A stretch of 16,796 bases of DNA from Azolla caroliniana. Lineage: Eukaryota > Plantae > Polypodiophyta. Made by a program: the position numbers and the translations under genes. Below the pieces are notes generated by a model that made no database searches, was not told the origin of the DNA, and saw only the letters and a program-made list of their open reading frames with translations. Below are positions 7,590 through 16,796 of the stretch, piece by piece. The stretch's first letter is position 1. Every line of letters starts with the position of its first letter. The stretch spans positions 1-16,796 of the forward strand of contig JBHGNT010000722.1 in the NCBI GenBank assembly GCA_043228905.1, read 5' to 3'.

Positions 7590-10500
7590 TAGCGTTGTTA
7601 GCTTCGATTCGCATGCTTGAACACAAAAATCCGATATAACACTCCCCAGGTATGAACATTTTAATTTACTCAAGGGCTCCTCTGAACTCCCTCCTCATGT
7701 TTGGTAATTTCGTCATGTCTCTCGACCTGAGTTTCAAAATCTTGATTTTTTAATTCCATATCATAGCTAGCGTTGTTGGCTTCGATTTGCAGGCTTCAAC
7801 ACAAAAATCCGATATCACACGAACCGGGTATGAACATTTTAATTTACCAACTAGCTTTTCCCAACTCACTCGTCAAATTTGGTAATTTCATCATGTCTCT
7901 CGACCTGAGTTTCAAAATCTTGATTTTTTAATTCCATATCATAGCTAGCGTTGTTAGCTTCTATTCGCATGCTTGAACACAAAAATCCGATATCACACTC
8001 CCCAGGTATGAACATTTTAATTTACTCAAGGGCTCCTCTGAACTCCCTCCTCATGTTTGGTAATTTCGTCATGTCTCTCGACCTGAGTTTCAAAATCTTG
8101 ATTTTTTAATTCCATATCATAGCTAGCATTGTTAGCTTCGATTCGCATGTTTGAACACAAAAATCCGATATCACACGAGCCAGGTATGAACATTTTAATT
8201 TACCTACAAGCTCTTCCCAACTCACTCCTCAAATTTGGTAATTTCGTCATATCTCTCGACCTGAGTTTCAAAATCTTGATTTTTAATTCCATATCATAGC
8301 TAGCGTTGTTAGCTTCGATTCGCATGCTTGAACACAAAAATCCGATATCACACTCCCCAGGTATGAACATTTTAATTTACTCAAGGGCTCCTCTGAACTC
8401 CCTCCTCATGTTTGGTAATTTCGTCATGTCTCTCGACCTGAGTTTCAAAATTTTGATTTTTTAATTCCATATCATAGCTAGCATTGTTAGCTTTGATTCG
8501 CATGTTTGAACACAAAAATCCGATATCACACGAGCCAGGTATGAACATTTTAATTTACCTACTAGCTCTTCCCAACTCATTCCTCAAATTTGGTAATTTC
8601 GTCATGTCTCTCGACCTGAGTTTCAAAATCTTGATTTTTTAATTCCATATCATAGCTAGCGTTGTTAACTTCGATTCGCATGTTTGAACACAAAAATCCG
8701 ATATCACACGAGCCAGGTATGAACATTTTAATTTACCTACTAGCTCTTCCCAACTCACTCCTCAAATTTGGTAATTTCGTCATGTCTCTCGACCTGAGTT
8801 TCAAAATCTTGATTTTTTAATTCCATATCATAGCTAGCGTTGTTAGCTTCGATTCGCATGCTTGAACACAAAAATCCGATATCACACGAGCCAGGTATGA
8901 ACATTTTAATTTACCTAAGGGCTCCTCCCAACTCCCTCCTCATGTTTGGTAATTTCGTCATGTCTCTCGACCTGAGTTTCAAAATCTTGATTTTTTAATT
9001 CCATATCATAGCTAGCGTTGTTAGCTTCGATTTGCAGGCTTCAACACATAAATCCGATATCACACGAGCTAGGTATGAACATTTTAATTTACTTACAAGC
9101 TCTTCCCAACTCACTCCTCAAATTTGGTAATTTCGTCATATCTCTCGACCTGAGTTTCAAAATCTTGATTTTTTAATTCCATATCATAGCTAGCGTTGTT
9201 AGCTTCGATTCGCATGCTTGAACACAAAAATCCGATATCACACGAGCCAGGTATGAACATTTTAATTTACTCAGGGGCTCCTCTGAACTCCCTCCTCATG
9301 TTTGGTAATTTCGTCATGTCTTTCGACCTGAGTTTCAAAATCTTGATTTTTTAATTCCATATCATAGCTAGCATTGTTAGCTTCGATTCGCATGTTTGAA
9401 CACAAAAATCCGATATCACACTCCCCAGGTATGAACATTTTAATTTACCTACAAGCTCTTCCCAACTCACTCCTCAAATTTGGTAATTTCGTCATGTCTC
9501 TCGACCTGAGTTTCAAAATCTTGATTTTTTAATTCCATATCATAGCTAGCGTTGTTAGCTTCGATTCGCATGTTTGAACACAAAAATCCGATATCACACG
9601 AGCCAGGTATGAACATTTTAATTTACCTACTAGCTCTTCCCAACTCACTCCTCAAATTTCGTAATTTCGTCATGTCTCTCGACCTGAGTTTCAAAATCTT
9701 GATTTTTTAATTCCATATCATAGCTAGCGTTGTTAGCTTCGATTCGCATGTTTGAACACAAAAATCCGATATCACACGAGCCAGGTATGAACATTTTAAT
9801 TTACCTACAAGCTCTTCCCAACTCACTCCTCAAATTTGGTAATTTCGTCATATCTCTCGACCTGAATTTCAAAATCTTGATTTTTTAATTCCATATCATA
9901 GCTAGCGTTGTTAGCTTCGATTCGCATGCTTGAACACAAAAATCCGATATAACACTCCTCTGAACTCCCTCCTCTGAACTCCCTCCTCATGTTTGGTAAT
10001 TTCGTCATGTCTTTCGACCTGAGTTTCAAAATCTTGATTTTTTAATTCCATATCATAGCTAGCATTGTTAGCTTCGATTCGCATGTTTGAAAACAAAAAT
10101 CCGATATCACACGAGCCAGGTATGAACATTTTAATTTACCTACTAGCTCTTCCCAACTCATTCCTCAAATTTGGTAATTTTGTCATGTCTCTCGACCTAA
10201 GATTCAAAATCTTGATTTTTTAATTCCATATCATAGCTAGCGTTGTTAGCTTCGATTCGCATGTTTGAACACAAAAATCCGATATCACACGAGCCAGGTA
10301 TGAACATTTTAATTTAGCAACTAGCTCTTCCCAACTCACTCCTCAAATTTTTTAATTCCATCATGTCTCTCGACCTGAGTTTCAAAATCTTGATTTTTTA
10401 ATTCCATATCATAGCTAGCGTTGTTAGCTTCGATTCGCGTGCTTCAACACAGAAATCCGATATCACACGAGCCAGGTATGAACATTTTAATTTACTCAAG

Positions 10501-13500
10501 GGCTCCTCTGAACTCCCTCCTCATGTTTGGTAATTTCGTCATGTCTCTTGACCTGAGTTTCAAAATCTTGATTTTTTAATTGCATATCATAGCTAGCATT
10601 GTTAGCTTCGATTCGCATGTTTGAACACAAAAATCCGATATCACACGAGCCAGGTATGAACATTTTAATTTATCAACGAGCTCTTCCCAACTCACTCCTC
10701 AAATTTGGTAATTTCGTCATGTCTCTCGACCTGAGTTTCAAAATCTTGATTTTTTAATTCCATATCATAGCTAGCGTTGTTAGCTTCGATTCGCATGTTT
10801 GAACACAAAAATCCGATATCACACGAGCCAGGTATGAACATTTTAATTTACTCAAGGGCTCCTCTGAACTCCCTCCTCATGTTTGGTAATTTCGTCATGT
10901 CTCTCGACCTGAGTTTCAAAATCTTGATTTTTTAATTCCATATCATAGCTAGCGTTGTTAGCTTCGATTCGCATGTTTGAACGCAAAAATCCGATATCAC
11001 ACGAGCCAGGTATGAACATTTTAATTTACCTACTAGCTCTTCCCAACTCACTCCTCAAATTTGGTAATTTCGTCATATCTCTCGACCTGAGTTTCAAAAT
11101 CTTGATTTTTTAATTCCATATCATAGCTAGCGTTGTTAGCTTCGATTCGCATGTTTGAACACAAAAATCCGATATCACACGAGCCAGGTATGAACATTTT
11201 AATTTACCTACTAGCTCTTCCCAACTCACTCCTCAAATTTGGTAATTTCGTCATGTCTCTCGACCTGAGTTTCAAAATCTTGATTTTTTAATTCCATATC
11301 ATAGCTAGCGTTGTTAGCTTCGATTCGCATGCTTGAACACAAAAATCCGATATCACACGAGCCAGGTATGAACATTTTAATTTACCTAAGGGCTCCTCCC
11401 AACTCCCTCCTCATGTTTGGTAATTTCGTCATGTCTCTCGACCAGAGTTTCAAAATCTTGATTTTTTAATTCCATATCATAGCTAGCGTTGTTAGCTTCG
11501 ATTTGCAGGCTTCAACACATAAATCCGATATCACACGAGCTAGGTATGAACATTTTAATTTACTTACAAGCTCTTCCCAACTCACTCCTCAAATTTGGTA
11601 ATTTCGTCATATCTCTCGACCTGAGTTTCAAAATCTTGATTTTTTAATTCCATATCATAGCTAGCGTTGTTAGCTTCGATTCGCATGCTTGAACACAAAA
11701 ATCCGATATCACACGAGCCAGGTATGAACATTTTAATTTACTTACAAGCTCTTCCCAACTCACTCCTCAAATTTGGTAATTTCGTCATATCTCTCGACCT
11801 GAGTTTCAAAATCTTGATTTTTTAATTCCATATCATAGCTAGCGTTGTTAGCTTCGATTCGCATGCTTGAACACAAAAATCCGATATCACACGAGCCAGG
11901 TATGAACATTTTAATTTACCTACTAGCTCTTCCCAACTCACTCCTCAAATTTGGTAATTTCGTCATGTCTCTCGACCTGAGTTTCAAAATCTTGATTTTT
12001 TAATTCCATATCATAGCTAGCGTTGTTAGCTTCGATTCGCGTGCTTCAGCACAAAATCCGATATCACACGAGCCAGGTATGAACATTTTAATTTACCTAC
12101 TAGCTCTTCCCAACTCACTCCTCAAATTTGGTAATTTCGTCATATCTCTCGACCTGAATTTCAAAATCTTGATTTTTTAATTCCATATCATAGCTAGCGT
12201 TGTTAGCTTCGATTCGCATGCTTGAACACAAAAATCCGATATAACACTCCCCAGGTATGAACATTTTAATTTACTCAAGGGCTCCTCTGAACTCCCTCCT
12301 CATGTTTGGTAATTTCGTCATGTCTCTCGACCTGAGTTTCAAAATCTTGATTTTTTAATTCCATATCATAGCTAGCATTGTTAGCTTCGATTCGCATGTT
12401 TGAACACAAAAATCCGATATCACACGAGCCAGGTATGAACATTTTAATTTACCTACAAGCTCTTCCCAACTCACTCCTCAAATTTGGTAATTTCGTCATA
12501 TCTCTCGACCTGAATTTCAAAATCTTGATTTTTTAATTCCATATCATAGCTAGCGTTGTTAGCTTCTATTCGCATGCTTGAACACAAAAATCCGATATCA
12601 CACTCCCCAGGTATGAACATTTTAATTTACTCAAGGGCTCCTCTGAACTCCCTCCTCATGTTTGGTAATTTCGTCATGTCTCTCGACCTGAGTTTCAAAA
12701 TCTTGATTTTTTAATTCCATATCATAGCTAGCATTGTTAGCTTCGATTCGCATGTTTGAACACAAAAATCCGATATCACACGAGCCAGGTATGAACATTT
12801 TAATTTACCTACAAGCTCTTCCCAACTCACTCCTCAAATTTGGTAATTTCGTCATATCTCTCGACCTGAGTTTCAAAATCTTGATTTTTAATTCCATATC
12901 ATAGCTAGCGTTGTTAGCTTCGATTCGCATGCTTGAACACAAAAATCCGATATCACACTCCCCAGGTATGAACATTTTAATTTACTCAAGGGCTCCTCTG
13001 AACTCCCTCCTCATGTTTGGTAATTTCGTCATGTCTCTCGACCTGAGTTTCAAAATTTTGATTTTTTAATTCCATATCATAGCTAGCATTGTTAGCTTTG
13101 ATTCGCATGTTTGAACACAAAAATCCGATATCACACGAGCCAGGTATGAACATTTTAATTTACCTACTAGCTCTTCCCAACTCATTCCTCAAATTTGGTA
13201 ATTTCGTCATGTCTCTCGACCTGAGTTTCAAAATCTTGATTTTTTAATTCCATATCATAGCTAGCGTTGTTAACTTCGATTCGCATGTTTGAACACAAAA
13301 ATCCGATATCACACGAGCCAGGTATGAACATTTTAATTTACCTACTAGCTCTTCCCAACTCACTCCTCAAATTTGGTAATTTCGTCATGTCTCTCGACCT
13401 GAGTTTCAAAATCTTGATTTTTTAATTCCATATCATAGCTAGCGTTGTTAGCTTCGATTCGCATGCTTGAACACAAAAATCCGATATCACACGAGCCAGG

Positions 13501-16500
13501 TATGAACATTTTAATTTACCTAAGGGCTCCTCCCAACTCCCTCCTCATGTTTGGTAATTTCGTCATGTCTCTCGACCTGAGTTTCAAAATCTTGATTTTT
13601 TAATTCCATATCATAGCTAGCGTTGTTAGCTTCGATTTGCAGGCTTCAACACATAAATCCGATATCACACGAGCTAGGTATGAACATTTTAATTTACTTA
13701 CAAGCTCTTCCCAACTCACTCCTCAAATTTGGTAATTTCGTCATATCTCTCGACCTGAGTTTCAAAATCTTGATTTTTTAATTCCATATCATAGCTAGCG
13801 TTGTTAGCTTCGATTCGCATGCTTGAACACAAAAATCCGATATCACACGAGCCAGGTATGAACATTTTAATTTACTCAGGGGCTCCTCTGAACTCCCTCC
13901 TCATGTTTGGTAATTTCGTCATGTCTTTCGACCTGAGTTTCAAAATCTTGATTTTTTAATTCCATATCATAGCTAGCATTGTTAGCTTCGATTCGCATGT
14001 TTGAACACAAAAATCCGATATCACACTCCCCAGGTATGAACATTTTAATTTACCTACAAGCTCTTCCCAACTCACTCCTCAAATTTGGTAATTTCGTCAT
14101 GTCTCTCGACCTGAGTTTCAAAATCTTGATTTTTTAATTCCATATCATAGCTAGCGTTGTTAGCTTCGATTCGCATGTTTGAACACAAAAATCCGATATC
14201 ACACGAGCCAGGTATGAACATTTTAATTTACCTACTAGCTCTTCCCAACTCACTCCTCAAATTTCGTAATTTCGTCATGTCTCTCGACCTGAGTTTCAAA
14301 ATCTTGATTTTTTAATTCCATATCATAGCTAGCGTTGTTAGCTTCGATTCGCATGTTTGAACACAAAAATCCGATATCACACGAGCCAGGTATGAACATT
14401 TTAATTTACCTACAAGCTCTTCCCAACTCACTCCTCAAATTTGGTAATTTCGTCATATCTCTCGACCTGAATTTCAAAATCTTGATTTTTTAATTCCATA
14501 TCATAGCTAGCGTTGTTAGCTTCGATTCGCATGCTTGAACACAAAAATCCGATATAACACTCCCCAGGTATGAACATTTTAATTTACTCAAGGGCTCCTC
14601 TGAACTCCCTCCTCATGTTTGGTAATTTCGTCATGTCTCTCGACCTGAGTTTCAAAATCTTGATTTTTTAATTCCATATCATAGCTAGCATTGTTAGCTT
14701 CGATTCGCATGTTTGAACACAAAAATCCGATATCACACGAGCCAGGTATGAACATTTTAATTTACCTACAAGCTCTTCCCAACTCACTCCTCAAATTTGG
14801 TAATTTCGTCATATCTCTCGACCTGAATTTCAAAATCTTGATTTTTTAATTCCATATCATAGCTAGCGTTGTTAGCTTCTATTCGCATGCTTGAACACAA
14901 AAATCCGATATCACACTCCCCAGGTATGAACATTTTAATTTACTCAAGGGCTCCTCTGAACTCCCTCCTCATGTTTGGTAATTTCGTCATGTCTCTCGAC
15001 CTGAGTTTCAAAATCTTGATTTTTTAATTCCATATCATAGCTAGCATTGTTAGCTTCGATTCGCATGTTTGAACACAAAAATCCGATATCACACGAGCCA
15101 GGTATGAACATTTTAATTTACCTACAAGCTCTTCCCAACTCACTCCTCAAATTTGGTAATTTCGTCATATCTCTCGACCTGAGTTTCAAAATCTTGATTT
15201 TTAATTCCATATCATAGCTAGCGTTGTTAGCTTCGATTCGCATGCTTGAACACAAAAATCCGATATCACACTCCCCAGGTATGAACATTTTAATTTACTC
15301 AAGGGCTCCTCTGAACTCCCTCCTCATGTTTGGTAATTTCGTCATGTCTCTCGACCTGAGTTTCAAAATTTTGATTTTTTAATTCCATATCATAGCTAGC
15401 ATTGTTAGCTTTGATTCGCATGTTTGAACACAAAAATCCGATATCACACGAGCCAGGTATGAACATTTTAATTTACCTACTAGCTCTTCCCAACTCATTC
15501 CTCAAATTTGGTAATTTCGTCATGTCTCTCGACCTGAGTTTCAAAATCTTGATTTTTTAATTCCATATCATAGCTAGCGTTGTTAACTTCGATTCGCATG
15601 TTTGAACACAAAAATCCGATATCACACGAGCCAGGTATGAACATTTTAATTTACCTACTAGCTCTTCCCAACTCACTCCTCAAATTTGGTAATTTCGTCA
15701 TGTCTCTCGACCTGAGTTTCAAAATCTTGATTTTTTAATTCCATATCATAGCTAGCGTTGTTAGCTTCGATTCGCATGCTTGAACACAAAAATCCGATAT
15801 CACACGAGCCAGGTATGAACATTTTAATTTACCTAAGGGCTCCTCCCAACTCCCTCCTCATGTTTGGTAATTTCGTCATGTCTCTCGACCTGAGTTTCAA
15901 AATCTTGATTTTTTAATTCCATATCATAGCTAGCGTTGTTAGCTTCGATTTGCAGGCTTCAACACATAAATCCGATATCACACGAGCTAGGTATGAACAT
16001 TTTAATTTACTTACAAGCTCTTCCCAACTCACTCCTCAAATTTGGTAATTTCGTCATATCTCTCGACCTGAGTTTCAAAATCTTGATTTTTTAATTCCAT
16101 ATCATAGCTAGCGTTGTTAGCTTCGATTCGCATGCTTGAACACAAAAATCCGATATCACACGAGCCAGGTATGAACATTTTAATTTACTCAGGGGCTCCT
16201 CTGAACTCCCTCCTCATGTTTGGTAATTTCGTCATGTCTTTCGACCTGAGTTTCAAAATCTTGATTTTTTAATTCCATATCATAGCTAGCATTGTTAGCT
16301 TCGATTCGCATGTTTGAACACAAAAATCCGATATCACACTCCCCAGGTATGAACATTTTAATTTACCTACAAGCTCTTCCCAACTCACTCCTCAAATTTG
16401 GTAATTTCGTCATGTCTCTCGACCTGAGTTTCAAAATCTTGATTTTTTAATTCCATATCATAGCTAGCGTTGTTAGCTTCGATTCGCATGTTTGAACACA

Positions 16501-16796
16501 AAAATCCGATATCACACGAGCCAGGTATGAACATTTTAATTTACCTACTAGCTCTTCCCAACTCACTCCTCAAATTTCGTAATTTCGTCATGTCTCTCGA
16601 CCTGAGTTTCAAAATCTTGATTTTTTAATTCCATATCATAGCTAGCGTTGTTAGCTTCGATTCGCATGTTTGAACACAAAAATCCGATATCACACGAGCC
16701 AGGTATGAACATTTTAATTTACCTACTAGCTCTTCCCAACTCATTCCTCAAATTTGGTAATTTTGTCATGTCTCTCGACCTAAGATTCAAAATCTT
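7590..16796. repeat. 178-bp tandem satellite array, 52 monomers (last partial), continuing past the window end
   Basis: The anchor TAGC[G/A]TTGTT recurs at 7590, 7768, 7946, 8124, 8301, 8479 ... 16465, 16643. Spacing is 178 bp, except for four 177-bp units and one 157-bp unit (9903-10059). Confidence 0.99.

Noticed and set aside
7590-7767. Identity with Arabidopsis CEN178, or presence of a CENP-B box
   Set aside because: Only the length matches; I recognise no sequence similarity. TTCG words occur but not the TTCG....A..CGGG pattern.
9823-10129. ORFs 9823..10029, 9911..10129 and 7447..7659 on the minus strand
   Set aside because: They are chance translations of satellite monomers. The first two overlap the rearranged monomer 14.
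7590-16796. CRISPR array or variable-cassette system (conserved segment alternating with a variable segment)
   Set aside because: The variable segments are homologous variants that recur, not unique spacers. The unit is 178 bp, there are no cas genes, and the context is eukaryotic with spliceosomal introns.
7590-16796. 5S rDNA, tRNA or snRNA tandem gene array
   Set aside because: I recognise no 5S, tRNA cloverleaf or snRNA sequence on either strand.

Overview
Eukaryotic, almost certainly land-plant, nuclear DNA spanning a gene-to-satellite boundary. The left part (1-7589) holds the last four coding exons of a WD40 gene of the DWA2/EIPR1(TSSC1) family on the + strand. These exons are not captured by the ORF track. 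The upstream intron carries decayed Ty1/Copia fragments, and the last intron carries a complete 950-bp non-autonomous hAT element with an 8-bp target-site duplication (TSD). Next come a possible second hAT remnant and a Tto1/Tork-like Copia element (5' LTR, tRNA-iMet PBS, frameshifted gag). The gag is cut at 7457 by what looks like the start of a second, nested LTR. From about 7590 to the window end there is a highly homogeneous 178-bp tandem satellite (52 monomers, the last partial). It has a 13-monomer (2313-bp) higher-order repeat (HOR), dimeric substructure and signs of a longer period. I see no prokaryotic system and no CRISPR array. The best candidate for something undescribed is this centromere-like HOR satellite and its abrupt, undecayed junction with a nested retrotransposon about 4 kb from an apparently intact gene end. 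Protein family calls come from my own motif recognition, not from database searches.
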